Positions 9,583-22,609 of a stretch of DNA of 64,000 nucleotides are shown here, in pieces. Source of the stretch: Octopus bimaculoides (Eukaryota); NCBI RefSeq assembly GCF_001194135.2, contig NC_068999.1:27930806-27994805 (forward strand). The letters run 5' to 3'. The notes beneath the pieces were generated by a model that was not told the DNA's origin, searched no databases, and was given only the letters and a program-made list of their open reading frames with translations. The translations under genes and the position numbers were made by a program. The first letter of the stretch is position 1; each line of letters begins with the position of its first letter.

Positions 9583-11985
9583 CGTCGTCATCGTTGTTTA
9601 ACGTCCGTTTTCCATGCTGGCATGGGTTGGGCGGTTTGACTGAGGTCTGGAAAGCCAGTGGCTGCACCAGGCTCCAATCTGACCTAGCAATATTTCTACA
9701 CCTGGATGCCCTTCCTAACACCAACCATTCCAAGAGTGTAGTGGGTGCTTTTTACATGCTACCGGCACAGGAGCCAGTCATGTTTGGATAGTGCTTTTTA
9801 CGTGCTACCATCACGAGAGCCAGTCAGGGGGCACTGGCATCGGCCATGTTCGGATGGTGCTTTTTATGTGTCACTGGCATAGGACCCAGTCAAGCGAACC
9901 TGGCTTCGACCACATTCAGATGGTGCTTTTTATGTGCCACAGGCACAGAAACCAGTCAGGGGGAACTGGCATCGACCATGTTCAGATGATGCATTTTATG
10001 TGCCACCGGAACTGGCCACAGCTACGATTTTGGTTTTACTTGACTCAGCAGGTCTTCTCAAACATATCATGTCACCCGATGCATCAAGGGTACTTTTAAA
10101 TAGGCCAGACATGCAACACTGGCACCGGCCATGGCTGCAATCTCACTTTAGTTGCTGGGTCTTCTCAGTTATAGCATATCTCCAAAGGTCTCGTCTCTTG
10201 TCATTGCCTCTGTAAGGCCCAATGTTCAAAGGCCATGCTTCACCACCTCATCCCATATCTTTCTGGGTCTACCTCTTCCACAGGTTCCTTCCACAGTTAG
10301 AGTATGGCACTTCCTCACACAGCTGTCCTCATCCATATGTAACACATGACCATACCAGCGCAGTCACTCTTGCAAACTACATTTGATGCTTCTTATGTCC
10401 AACGTTTCTCTTATGACACTCACTCTCTGTCTTGTATGCACACTGACATTACACATCCAGCAGAGCATACTAGCTTCATTTCTTTCAAGCTTATGCATGT
10501 CCTCAGCAGTCATGGCCCATGTTTCACTGCTGTGTAGCATGGCATTTTGCACACATGCACCATACAGTCTACCTTTCATCCTGAGTGAGAGACCCTTAGT
10601 TGCCAGCTCCCTGAACTTTACCCAGGCTATTCTTATACTAACTGCTACGCTCTCAGAACAACCACCCCCACTACAGACTTGGTCGCCTAGGTAGCAGAAG
10701 CTATCAACTACTTCTTGTTTTATCCCCTGGTATGTGATAGAATCTGTTTTCTGTACATCTTCAGTGTTTATTGCCCCTGTGCATCTGCCACTCTTGGAGG
10801 CGCAATGGCCCAGTGTTTAAGGCAGCGGACTCGCGGTCATAGGATCGCGGTTTCGATTCCCAGACCGGGCGTTATGAGTATTTATTGATCAAAAACACCT
10901 AAAGCTCCATGAGGCTCCGGCAGGGGATGGTGGCGAACCCTGCTGTACTCTTCCACCACAACTTTCTCTCACTCTTTCTTCCTGTTTCTGTACGCTGAAT
11001 ATCCCCAAGAACTACGTTAAGGGTACACGTGTCTGTGGAGTGCTCAGCCACTTGCACGTTAATTTCACGACCAGGCTGTTCCGTTGATCGGATCAACTGG
11101 AACCCTCGACGGAGTGCCAACAACAACAGCATCTGCCACACACAAAAACTATCTTTCTGGTTAACATTCCTTTGATATTTCTGCATATTTTATGTCTCCA
11201 GAGCTTACACTGAGTACATCGTATGGAGTTTCTACCTATGCCTTTTCTACAGATCGAGCAGGGCCATCTAGCAGAAGGGGTTTGTGAATTTTCAGCCTTC
11301 CTACTTACTAAGACTTTGGTTTTTGCTAGCTTAACCCTAAGGCCTTTTGATTCTAGACCTTGCTTCCACACCCTAAACTTTGTCTCATGTTCTGGCAGTG
11401 ATTCAGCTATTAGAGCAAAGTCATCAGCATAGAGGAGCTCCCAGGGGCAACCTGTCTTAAATTCCTCTGTTATTGCCTGGAGGACTATGTTGAATAAGAA
11501 GAGGCTGAGGACTGATTCTTGGTGAACCCCCACATCTACCCAGAATTCTTCACTCGTTGCCAGTCCTCGCCTTACTGACAGCACCCTGTCCAAGGCTTGT
11601 ACAGCTCTTACCAACCACTTGTCTATCCCCAGTTTCCACATTGACCACCAGATAAGGGACCGGGGGCCCCCTGTCAAAAGCTTTCTCCCAGTCAGTAAAA
11701 GCCAAATACAGAGGTTTATCTTTGGCTAGATATTTCTCCTGTAGTTGCCTTACCAGAAATATAGCATCAGTAGTGCTTCTGCCTGGCACAAAACCAAAAC
11801 TGCATCTCATCTAGGCTAACTCTCTTCCTAGTTAGTCAGGCTATGATCCTCTCTTTAACTTTCACCACTTGGTCTAATAATTTGATACCCCTGTAGTTAT
11901 TTCTAACTAAAGCATCACCTTTAACTTTCTAGCAGTTGACTTCTTCATGAACTACCTGATTTACAATGCTGGTGACAAGACCATA
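9583..11985 (-). mobile_element. RTE LINE copy 2, interrupted by a SINE
   Basis: Minus-strand RT fragments (WELLYADDFALIAES, LHSSETWAMTAED) and the same 3' UTR and tail as copy 1. Confidence 0.92.
10795..11128 (+). mobile_element. Full-length family A SINE with (CAA)n tail and 11-bp TSD
   Basis: tRNA-like head and CAACAACAACA tail. GCATCTGCCAC is duplicated at 10781-10791 and 11129-11139. Confidence 0.9.
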
Positions 11986-12139
11986 ACCCACACTGCTCTA
12001 TATTTTGTATATATATATATGTAGAGTTTTTGAAGTGATGTACAGATATGGTATATTCTCAATATCTATACATACTAACAATTGCACAGACATGCTAAGA
12101 CACTTGTATCAAATTTTATTCTAAAGTCATTTCTAACAG

Positions 12140-12225
12140 GGGAAGCAGACTATATTTATTAAATGAGGAGCTTATCGTAGAAATAAATAAGTCATTGTCT
12201 AGGATTCCAACAGTGGCTGACTCTG
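12140..12225 (+). CDS. Candidate upstream exon of the membrane-protein gene (GSRLYLLNEELIVEINKSLSRIPTVADS)
   Basis: Splice sites ttctaacag| and CTG|gtaatt. 86 nt, one open frame, ending in phase 1 as the next exon requires. There is no homology support. Confidence 0.35.
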
Positions 12226-12407
12226 GTAATTAGATGAAGAAAATATGTACTGCTTTACATGTTATGTAGAACTTTTTCTTTTCTTTCTTTCTTTTCTATT
12301 GACCTCCACATTCTTTCATTTTATCTAATTATATCTAGAATACAAGGTCATTTTCTCATCATTCTCAATTCACTGATGTATTGGTCTTTTCCCTTTTGTT
12401 GTTTCAG

Positions 12408-12549
12408 AACCCTACTGGCTGGAACTATCTGTAGTCACAGTACTGTTTGTCCAGCTACTTGTAGTTTCTGGTATTTTCATCACACGCAGATTAAATGAAA
12501 TCAGCACTTTGGATTCATTAAGGTGGTCACAGAAAAGAGACCTCTGGTG
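12408..12549 (+). CDS. Internal exon of a multi-pass membrane protein: (E)PYWLELSVVTVLFVQLLVVSGIFITRRLNEISTLDSLRWSQKRDLW
   Basis: Strong pyrimidine tract ...cccttttgttgtttcag| and donor TG|gtaagc. 142 nt, phase 1 to 2. Encodes a TM-length hydrophobic run followed by a basic loop. Confidence 0.85.
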
Positions 12550-12959
12550 GTAAGCTATTGTTTTGAAATAATTTGATTCTTGTTTGAGACTTCATCATTT
12601 AAAGGTAACAAAATGTTTAAAATTTATTTTCTTATTTTAATAGCAGTTACTTAATGTAGACCAGGGATTCTCAACTGGGATCCATATAAGATTTCTAGGG
12701 GTCCACAGATGCAATGTAGTAAATTGGGGGTCTGCAGTAATTTTTCAGGTGTCATTGAAAAAATTGTGCTTTAGACCAGTAGTTTCCAATGTGGACTTCT
12801 TGTGCAGTGGTGCACTCAGGCTAAGAAACTTGTTTAAAAACACCCTGAAAAATGTTACTAAAAATCCTCTCTTTGCTAATTTATTTACTACTTTACTCTT
12901 TGTTATGAGAGAATCTTGAACACCTCCACGTGACTGAAGGTGGACTAACCAATTACAAT

Positions 12960-14875
12960 AAATAAGAGCTGTGTGAACTGAGCATAGTTGATGGTGTTAG
13001 TTCAACCGTGTTGGTTTAATGTGTTACTTCAACATGTGTTGGTTTAACAGTCAGTAGTTGAACAGTGAATATTGAGTATCATACCTACATTCGAGTAGTA
13101 TGGTGTGTGTTCTGTGTTAACATATATTTCTGTGATAGGTTATTTTTAGATAACCACAACCAACTATATATTTGTTTTATACCATTTTACACCAGAGGTG
13201 TATACCTACGTCATAACATTTTTGGCAATGAGATTATTCAAAGCTCATGCTGGACCAGTTTTTGCTTGAACATGGAAGGTTTACTAACTTCAGTAATTGA
13301 ATTACAGAAACTGCAACAACAGCAGTTGTTAAAATTTCAGAGGCAACAGCAACTGTTAGTACAATTGATACAGAAAAGAACAGAAAATACATCTAGTTCA
13401 TTCACCCTTGACACTGTCACAAACTCAATCAGAATGTTCATGTATAACCCAGAGGAGGGTACTACCTTCTCTTCTTTAGAAGGTATGAGGAAACTTTTAG
13501 AGAAGTGCGACTGGCAAGACAAGAAAAATCTCTACTTTTGTTGAGAAAGTTGACACCAGCTGAGCATGAGAAATATTGAAATTACATTTTACCAAAGAAA
13601 CTGGGTGAAGTTTGTTTTGAAGAAATGGTGAATAACCTATCACAGATTTTTAGCAAAAAAGCTCTTTATTTGATATGTGCTGGCAATGCATGAATATTAC
13701 AAACAAAGAGGACAAAGATTTTATTACATACAAGAGATTTAAAATTAATGAACTAACACCAGATATGTTTAACTGCTTAATTTTCATCCAAGGTTTAACG
13801 GCAAAGAAAGATGCAGAAATTCATATTCAAGTTCTGACAGAATTAGAAGTTAACACTACAAAAAATATCTGAGGAATGCTAGAGAATAATAAACCTAAGG
13901 CATAATACGGAACAAACTGAAGTGTGAAACTGTTCTCATATACAGTCAGTGTGACTGAAGTGAGAAATGAAAAGCAAGAAATTAACCCATGTTTTGGATG
14001 TGGAGAATTACACTACAGATTCGACTTTCTTATAAAAATGAAAATGCTCCCAGTGTGGTAAAATAGGTAAAAAAAAAATAACACTGTAAAACAACCTAGA
14101 AAATGGTTCAACAGAAAAAATCATGTAAACAGTTAATTGGCAATGAGAAATACAAATGAGACTCAAAGGAAATTTGTTATATGTAAAAATTAATAATACA
14201 AATGTAAAATGACAGTTATATACTGGTAGCAACATTACTTCAATTAATGAAAATATATGGAAAACAGTTGGGAAACCTACACTACAGAAAACCTCGAAGA
14301 TTGCATGTGGAGTCTCGGTGATTAAATTAATTTTTAAAGGCAAAATTATCTGTAATGTTACATTTTGCAGTAAGACTATAAAAGCAAAAGCTTATGTATT
14401 AAAAAATATAAGCAACTTTTTTGGAACTAATTGGATGAAAAAGTTCAAATACAGAGTTAGAAAATTTTAAAAAAAAAGAAGTGAAAAGGTTGTTCCGTGG
14501 TGTTTTTTTTCGACAAGTTGGGTTGGTGTAATAAATTTAAAGCCAAATTTCAGATAAAAGAAAATTCATTACCAGTTTTCAAATCCAAACATGATGTACT
14601 GTTTGCAGCACTGAAACAGTAGAATAAGGAATTAGACAGACTGGAAAAATGGGAATGATTGAAAAGATTAACTATTCAGATTGAGCAGTGTATGTAAAAG
14701 AGAACAAAATTTCTGTATGTGCAGATTTCACAACAGGACTAAATGAATGTTTAAGACAATAAACTACTCATTACGTAGCCCAGGGAAATTTTCTTGAAAT
14801 TAAACGGTGGAAAATTGTTCTTGAAATTAGATCTTTCTGATGCCTACTTACAAATACAAGTGGAAGGAAAATTCA
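12960..14875 (+). mobile_element. Degenerate Gypsy/Ty3-like LTR retrotransposon (LTR end, PBS, gag, zinc knuckle, protease, RT start)
   Basis: LTR-like end ...CATAACA followed by PBS-like TGGCAATGAG (13223-13232). Gag FMYNPEEGTTFSS, CFGCGELH knuckle, RT fragment FLKLDLSDAYLQIQVE. Confidence 0.85.
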
Positions 14876-14904
14876 TTTTAAATATATTTTTCTTCCAAGT
14901 AATA

Positions 14905-15990
14905 ACACTTGTAAAAAATAACATTTACCAAGTCATGAAAGTCACTGAGAAGGTTATAGCTCAATTGATTAGGGATAGGAAATTAAACTAGATGAAATGC
15001 AGTTTGGTCTTGTACTTGGGAAGAGTACCACAGATGCCATCTTCCTAGTGAGACAGCTGCAGGAAAAGTATTTGGCTAAAAGTAAGCCATTGTACTTAGC
15101 CTTCATCAACCTAGGGAAAGCTTTCAACAGAGTTATAGTGATCTCTAAGGAAGTTAGAAGTAGAGGAATGGCTTGTTAGATCTGTACAAGCCATGTTCAG
15201 TGGTGCTGTTAGTAAGGTGAGAGTCAGCTATGAAATACAGTGATGAATTTAGTGTACAGGTAGGGGTTCGCCAGGGCTCAGTTCTCAGCCCACTCTTATT
15301 CATTATAGTCCTCCAGGCCATAACAGGGGAATTCAAAACTGGGTGCCCATGGGAACTACTATATGCTGATGACCTTGCTCTTATTGCAGAATCTTTAGCA
15401 GAATTGAAGAAGAAATTCCAGTTATTGAAGCACAACCTGGAATCACAGGGCCTTTGAAAAGGAAAGCAAAACCTGGAATCAAAGTTAACCTAGCAAGGAC
15501 CAAAGTTGTTGTTAGTAAGAAAGAAGATAAAGCTCTCTTTCCATCAGGTAAATGACCCTGCTCAATATTTAGGAAAGGAGTTGGAAAAAATTCCATTCAC
15601 TGCATCCAGTATAAACTAAGAACACATAAGAAGTGGATTGGAATCCCAGGTAGATTAACAGATGGGCAGGAACAATAAGCACTAAGAACACACAGGACTG
15701 AGATTCTCTCAAATGCCCAGGAGGCTCTCTTGGGGTTGTAAATAGTTTCTGTTATCTAGGTGACCAAATTAGCAATGGTGGAGGATGCTCTGAAAGTATT
15801 GTTTCTAGAATATAAATAAGGTGGAAGAAGTTCAGAGAGCTATTACCTCTGTTGGCAACAAAAGGACTCTCTCTCAGAGTGAAAGGTAGACTGTATGCTG
15901 CTTGTGTGTGAATGGCTATACTCCATGGTAGTGAGACATGGGCTCTGAATGCAGAAGATATGTATAGACTGGAGAGAAATGAAGGCATCT
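14905..15990 (+). mobile_element. RTE LINE copy 3 (RT fragment)
   Basis: STTDAIFLVRQLQEKY, GVRQGSVLSPLLF, WELLYADDLALIAES. Confidence 0.9.
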
Positions 15991-17766
15991 ATTGAATGTG
16001 CAACATCAGAATTATGCTATGACTGTAATACAAAAAACATAATTGTACTAGGACTTGTACTTTTACATCTGTATATTCCCTCTGAATTTTTGATACCAAG
16101 AGCTATAGATTGGTTAATATCTTCCTGCACTTCTAAAATATGGAACTTCTTAAAAATGAATGCAAATTTTCAGAAGCTGAGTACACAAACACCTCTTGCC
16201 ACACTCACTTTTGAGTAAACCATTGATTGAACCTTTTGAGATCAAATTTCCATTGCAGCTATTGTTCATGAATGCATGTAATTTGAAGATGACTAAGACA
16301 TGTGCAAGAGAAGTATGACTGTGCTGTGAATGAAAAGTGTAGTTTACAAGTATGTATTTTCAGTTTGAAGTTATATCACTGGTTGTTCTTGAGAAATTTC
16401 GTATACTGATGATATAATCTTCATAGAAAAATCTCTTAAAAATTTACAGAAAATTTCCAAACTTGGATGCATCATTTACAGTTCAGAAATTGAAATAGTA
16501 ATAATCAAAGTGCTAATGAGGAAAAAAAAAATGCATAAATGATATCTGGAATGTAGCTTTGTTCACTCTATAGCATGAAACCAGGTGGGACTAGATACTG
16601 CATTCTCATTGTAAACATTGAATACACAAAACATGCAGTGTTTTCAGAGAAACTGGCAGAGGATTAGCATTTTATATGTTACAGATTCTTAGAAATAGTT
16701 GTAAGGGCACCCATGAACTGATTAGATGGCTCATTATGCCCAACTGTTAGTTCATTTCCTAGATGATCTAATTAATGCAAAAGGTGATATAGCTAAAACA
16801 TAGTATCTAGTCTAAGGATTGGATTAAAATTAGGATATGAGATATTCAAAAGTAATGCCAATGAGTATTATGTGAAAAGTGCAATAGTTCTGTCAGTAAA
16901 GAGCAATAGAATAAGACTGATGAGTGGTGATATACATTATAGCAAACCTGTATAACGTTCTGTAAATAATCATGAAAATATTCATGATGACAATGATAAC
17001 ACTGACATCATTATTTTTATTCATTATGGTTCTTGAATCAGGAAATATTCCAAACTGAGGAAAATGATCTAGAGAGCAGTAGCATGTGAGAAATAGTTTG
17101 TTATATATCTTCTGTTCACCACTAGAATGCTTATAAGTAGTATAACTGTTTCCAGTGCAAGAGGTTCAAAGTAATAGTAGATAAAAACTTCCAGTCTGAC
17201 ATTTAGAAATGTTGATTGTGGCATTGTTGTTACATATGCTTTAAACATGTGTCCATAAATAACATGTAGTATGTGTACATGAAATTGTTGGTAACACTGA
17301 AACAAATCTAAAATGGTGGTATAGTCTTGGAAAAAATGACATAGATTTGTAAGTGTATAAAATTTTTAATTAATCAGGATAAGTAATTCTGGAGTCAAGA
17401 AGAGTATTTAATATATGTAGTGACAACTGTGTCCTGTATCTGAATACCAGATGAAGAATAATAAAATTGGTTCCTCTCCAGGAATTATAAAGAAACACTA
17501 GCCATCTTGTAGTGAAGTTGAAAACTTTTTGGTAAAATTAGATACACCTTAAAATGATGTAGCTGTCTAACAATGAGCATTTCAAAACCTAATTCAAGTC
17601 CTAATTAATAATAGCATTTGAATGCATTGTAGATCAGCAATTTGAGAGAATGGTAACACTTACATGGAGTGAAGAAAGAGAAGTAGTGAATGTTTAAGTA
17701 GAGATGATTCATTACCCTATTTCGGCTTACTCTTTGACATACTGGTTTTTTGCTTTTTAATTCCAG

Positions 17767-17831
17767 TTTAATTGCAGTTTTTGAAACTTCTGCTTGTGTT
17801 ACACTGTTTTATGACTTGGCTGTTCAGATCT
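17767..17831 (+). CDS. Internal exon: (C)LIAVFETSACVTLFYDLAVQI
   Basis: ttttaattccag| ... T|gtaagt. 65 nt, phase 2 to 1, continuing the 12408 exon in frame. Hydrophobic helix. Confidence 0.85.
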
Positions 17832-18516
17832 GTAAGTAACATTGCTTATATAATTCTCATTCATTCTTCTAGAAACTCACTGTTTTATATTTATTCTATG
17901 CTGTTCTGTGCTGAGCTATTATTTTCTAACGTGGCATTAAGCATTTTATTTGTTGACTTCACTTTTCTATCCAGTATGTGTTTTGGCTCCTGATTATTAA
18001 CCAATAGTTTACAGCAGATAGTGCTGTAGGTCCTGTACAAAGCCTGTACAACACTTAAAGCAGAATTTGATGTGCAATGTATATATCATAAACATTTTAA
18101 ATACTTTCGTTTTGTAAATTCTTTGAAGTCTTAAAATCAGTGTTAAATACTCTCTGTGACTGAGCAATAAAGCAAATTAAATTATGCTAATGCTTTGTTT
18201 TTAAAACTATATATTATTTTCTATAGAGAAATTCAAATATTAAGATAACTGCAAACTTTAACCTTTAAATTATATTTTTACTATTTAGTTTCTATTAAAT
18301 GTTTATTACACATTTAAATATTTTAAAGAAAAGTAGAAATTAAATTGTGTTCTAGTTGATTAATGTAGATTCTTCAACTTCATTCACAGTTTCCTATAAA
18401 ATCTCATTGCCTCAAAGAAGGATCCCTTTCTGAAATGTCAGAACTCACTTTCACTTGCAGCTCATGAATTTATTTTTGTTTGTGGTTCTGATACTCTATT
18501 TCATAATTCCTTACAG

Positions 18517-18551
18517 TGGGTGACAACCAATCTGGATGCAGTGGTGTGTTT
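18517..18551 (+). CDS. Micro-exon: (L)GDNQSGCSGVF
   Basis: aattccttacag| ... TTT|gtaagt. 35 nt, phase 1 to 0, continuing the 17767 exon in frame. Confidence 0.8.
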
Positions 18552-19689
18552 GTAAGTAAAAAGAATTTTGAATTTATTGTTTATAATGCCTGTAATCAAC
18601 TTTTTTCCCCTTTTCTTTTAACCAGGAAGCATAATAATAAACTGTTTACTTAGCATTTCTTGTTATGCAAATTAATGGCTGCTTTTGGATTTTGCTATAT
18701 ATATGTGTGTGTGTATGTGTATATGTTTGTTTGTATGTATGTATGTTTGTATGTATGAATATGGAAGATTCATACCGTGGTGTGTAGTATTTGTATATGT
18801 AAGCATATACGATGTATGTATATATAAACATATAAGATTAATACTGTGTATTTGTACATATATCGAAATATAAAACTACTTTCATGTCCTTTTTACCCCT
18901 CTCTTTACTGGCCCTTAATCTGGATGTTGTATGGGAGTGACAGAATTGTACCTCAAGCTGATAGAGTCAGGTTTGAGGCAAATTTTTAAAATTATTTCTT
19001 ACAGGTTGAGCAACTATGTAGAGGCTCCTTCATTGACTGTGAGGGTGCATTATCTGTTAGTTTATGTATGTGGTTTAATTTTTAAGCCTTTCATTACTGC
19101 ACTTTTCTAAGTATCATATAATGTCAGAGCTAACCTTGACAATAAGGAGTCATACTTTCTGCTCCTAGATCAATAGTTTATAACCTACCATATGTACTGT
19201 GTGTGTGTATCCATGATGAAGGCATTCATCATTTATTAGCTGAATCATGTATTAACAGGACTCAGCTATTATGTCTGTATAGCTTACTAGTATAGGTTAC
19301 AGAAACAGTGTAATTAATGAGTGTTTTGTTAGTTTGTTGTCTTAGTATAAACCTATCTTATTCTAGAACAACCATTCACTCTGTTTTCTAGTTCTTCTGT
19401 CACCAACACAGCAAGATGGACTTCATATAAATAAAATATGAGGAATCTTAGGGTTAAAAAGTCCCTATACTTAAATTGTTGTAAATTATTTTTCAATAGT
19501 CACATAAAACTGATAAAAGAGAATGTTAGCTACATGATAGAGCAAGGACTTGAATTTTCTCCAACTTGTTGGCCTCACACACCACAGTTCCTTTTGTAAT
19601 AAGGCATTTGGGTTTTTTGGTTACATTTAGAACTACTTGATGGTACCTTCATCTTTCAGATAAATTATTCTATCTTCTCATCATTTTCA

Positions 19690-20140
19690 TCAAAGCATTC
19701 AGCATGCTTGTATTTGAGGTACAACAAGGTTGTGTGGTTACTCCATTACTATTTGCACTCTTTCTAAGTATTATGTTTGAAAAGATGGCTTGTCAACTCA
19801 CAAGTGGTGTGTATATCAACACAAGAGAAGATGGTGGATTGTCGAACATATCTAAACTAAGATACACCAAGAAGTGCTACAATATATGCATTTGCAACCT
19901 TTTTTTTTGCTGATGACTCAAGCACTTATAGCTCATTCTCTGGAAGATATTCAGAAAATTATGCACCATTTTGAATGTGTGGTGTCAGCTTTCAGCCTAT
20001 CAATAAAACTAAGTCTTGTGCCAATTAAAACCTGGAAAGCTGGAATACATGACTCCAACCATTATGATTGCTAATATCAGGCTTTAAACGTAGTGAAAAT
20101 ATTCTCTTATTTGGACAACATGATTTCTTGTGACAGCTTC
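19690..20140 (+). mobile_element. BovB-like RTE RT fragment
   Basis: VQQGCVVTPLLFALFLS..GVYINTREDG..LFFADD..ALIAHSLEDIQ. Confidence 0.8.
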
Positions 20141-20449
20141 CTATACATGCAATCAGCTGCTGTTACTTTCAGGAAGCTCAATGATTAGTTGTAGAAACTA
20201 TCATGTAATGCAAAATTTATCATGCAGTAATATTATTTTGCTCAAATCTACGCACTGTAGCATTAGCATATCAGAAACTGGATTAGATATCGTTTGCATC
20301 AGTTACAAATCATAATGAACATATCTTGAGATCACATCTCCAACCATGTCTGCAGCATCACGTCTATCCTACAGGAATCACAGCTGCCTAGAGTGGAGTA
20401 CATGTTCCATCAGATGGTACTTCAAATTCTGTTATAGATTCTGTTATAT

Positions 20450-21240
20450 CATTAGACCTCATTTCAGTGAAGCAAGTGGCCTGATTGTGACTAGGGCTGT
20501 AAAGAAAAGAATAAGTGTTGCAGAATCAAATTGAATGAAATAACAGGAAGAAAAAAGGGAAACAACTAGAGCAAGAAGAAGTTCCCCAATGCTACCAACA
20601 GTGCTTGTAGTTGTGGTATTATATTTGGGAGAGAATGTTAAAAACTGCAGTATACTTTATATCAGCAACATGTAAGCTGAAAATGGGCTATCGTCCAATG
20701 AAAACAGAAGGATGGAGGTCTTCACATGTCTCCTGTGGGATGTTTCCAAGATGTTGAAAAGCACTAGAGAGAGGATACACCCTTGAACACCCACTGTTGT
20801 CCTGAAGAATTCTCCAATGCAGTTCAGGAAAACTGCATTGCTTGAGTTTCAGACAATGGATTATTTCAATGAGGTTGTTGTCAAAGTTGTAATTCATTAC
20901 CTACCTCAACCTATCATGCCGAACACAGACAAAAGCCTTTTTGAAATCAATGAAATTGTGATAGATGTCAAACTGGTATTGCAGATGTTTCTCAGTGAGC
21001 AGTCTAATGTTAAATATCCACTCCACAGTACTCCTCTGGGGCCTAAATCCAGCCTGGTTTTCTGCCATCCCCTTAAGTCTGTTTAGCAGAACTCTTAGCA
21101 ATACTATGCTGGAGTGGCTAATTAGGTTGATGGTTCTACAATTCTTGCAGAGTCTTAAGTTATCTTTCTTGTGAACAGGTATCATCAGTGATCAGGTCCA
21201 CTCCTCAGGCCACTACTCCATCTCCCATATCTTCTAACTG
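20450..21240 (-). mobile_element. RTE-clade RT fragment
   Basis: IPVHKKDN..CKNCRTINLISHSSIVLLRVLLNRL..ENQAGFRPQRSTVEWIF..FIDFKKAF. Confidence 0.85.
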
Positions 21241-21439
21241 GTAACTGTTAGTGCCTCAATAAGCTTTAGCTCTCCAAATGGATGTTGGAACCTTTTAAGT
21301 CTCAAAACATAAATGTTTTTCTCTGATGAGATGAATAACTTACCTGAGTCAAGGATGATAAATATTATAAGTTGTTGCACAATGATATCTCTAGTAAATG
21401 TATGAAGTAAACACTAATAAATAATAAGGACATCAATAG

Positions 21440-22300
21440 TGAGGCTAAACTCCTTGTAAAATGTTTTAAAATTGACAATAGAATGTTTATCTAAAAGGAA
21501 AGCCTTTATAACTTTAAAGGATCACAAAACCCAAATCTACTCCTGTAGACTTGTAAGCCCTGCTAGGACAGAAATAGGTTTAGTAATGAAAACATTAAGA
21601 AATGTTAATAACAGAATTAGGAAGACTATAGAACTGCAACAGTGGACAAATAGAAGCACTGTCATAGACTAGTTTAAGAACATAAAAGATAAGTGTAGAG
21701 TTAAGTGAAAAGTTTGGTATTGTTGACTTTTACCCTTAATTTTAACACTCTTGTTAGATAAAGCCATCTGATTCACCAAATAATACATCACCATTGACCA
21801 AACATAAACTGAGTTAATCATACATGCACAATACACCCCACTCTTCTGTAAGGATTCAGCATGGGTCAAGAAATTCAACCAGACAAACTGTTTGATGTAT
21901 CAATTGTTCATATGGCAGTGCTTAGCATATATGATCTAGTAGAGCTTTTTGTGCCAGATATTCTAAAAGCCAAGTTCCCTTCCTATGATACTGGTTTATA
22001 CTGAGATGATGGATTAGAATGTTGCACATCTGTACTTGTCATACTCTAGATACTTTTAGGAAAACCCACATGTCCATCTTTAACAGTTAGATCTTAAAAT
22101 AACAGTAGCTACAAACCTCATTAAACTTAGGTATATATGCAGTCTTGCCACCTTACTATTATCTTTAAAAACCTTATAACTAACGTTAGTTATATGATCT
22201 CTAACCTATTTACCTCTAAAGAAAGCCCTGGCCAAGAGTGATTTTGGTAAGAAGATATCATACACTGATCCAAACATGAACCAAGATTAAAAGTACTTCA
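21440..22300 (+). mobile_element. Penelope-like element RT remnant
   Basis: KAFITLKDHK..CRLVSPARTEIG..QQWTNRSTVID and a degenerate GLY*DDGL (PLE GLYRDDGL motif) near 21990-22020. Confidence 0.75.
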
Positions 22301-22609
22301 AAGAAAGTTATAGGTCAGCTCTACCACTTTAGCCTTTCCCTTGTTCAACTAACCCCACCGAGCATCATTTTTTTTAAAGATATAAACACTCAAAATTAAT
22401 AATATTCTTCTTTTAGCAAATTAAATACTCTTCCTGGAGTAGCCATATCATTTGAGGTTGAACAATTACCAGATCATGTATGGTACACTATACAAGCCAG
22501 ACAAGTTACTGCATTATCTAAGTATGAATATTGCAGTAGTTCATATATAACTCCTGCATTCATTATTTATAGTAAAGATTATCCTGCTACCAAGTCATAT
22601 TTGATTTCT

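Noticed and set aside
9780-10030. Regularly spaced repeats resembling a CRISPR array
   Set aside because: They are degenerate tandem units within a eukaryotic LINE 3' UTR, with no unique spacers and no cas genes.
10795-10870. tRNA-like sequences (also 41764, 62255)
   Set aside because: These are SINE heads continuing into SINE bodies, not tRNA genes.
18600-18660. Strong acceptor ...cttttaaccag|GAAGCATAA just after the 18517 exon
   Set aside because: Phase 0 reading gives an immediate stop (EA*), which is implausible without transcript support.
22417-22521. 105-nt open phase 2-2 segment with AG/GT ends (KLNTLPGVAISFEVEQLPDHVWYTIQARQVTALS)
   Set aside because: It cannot be linked in phase to the identified exons and has no recognisable motif.
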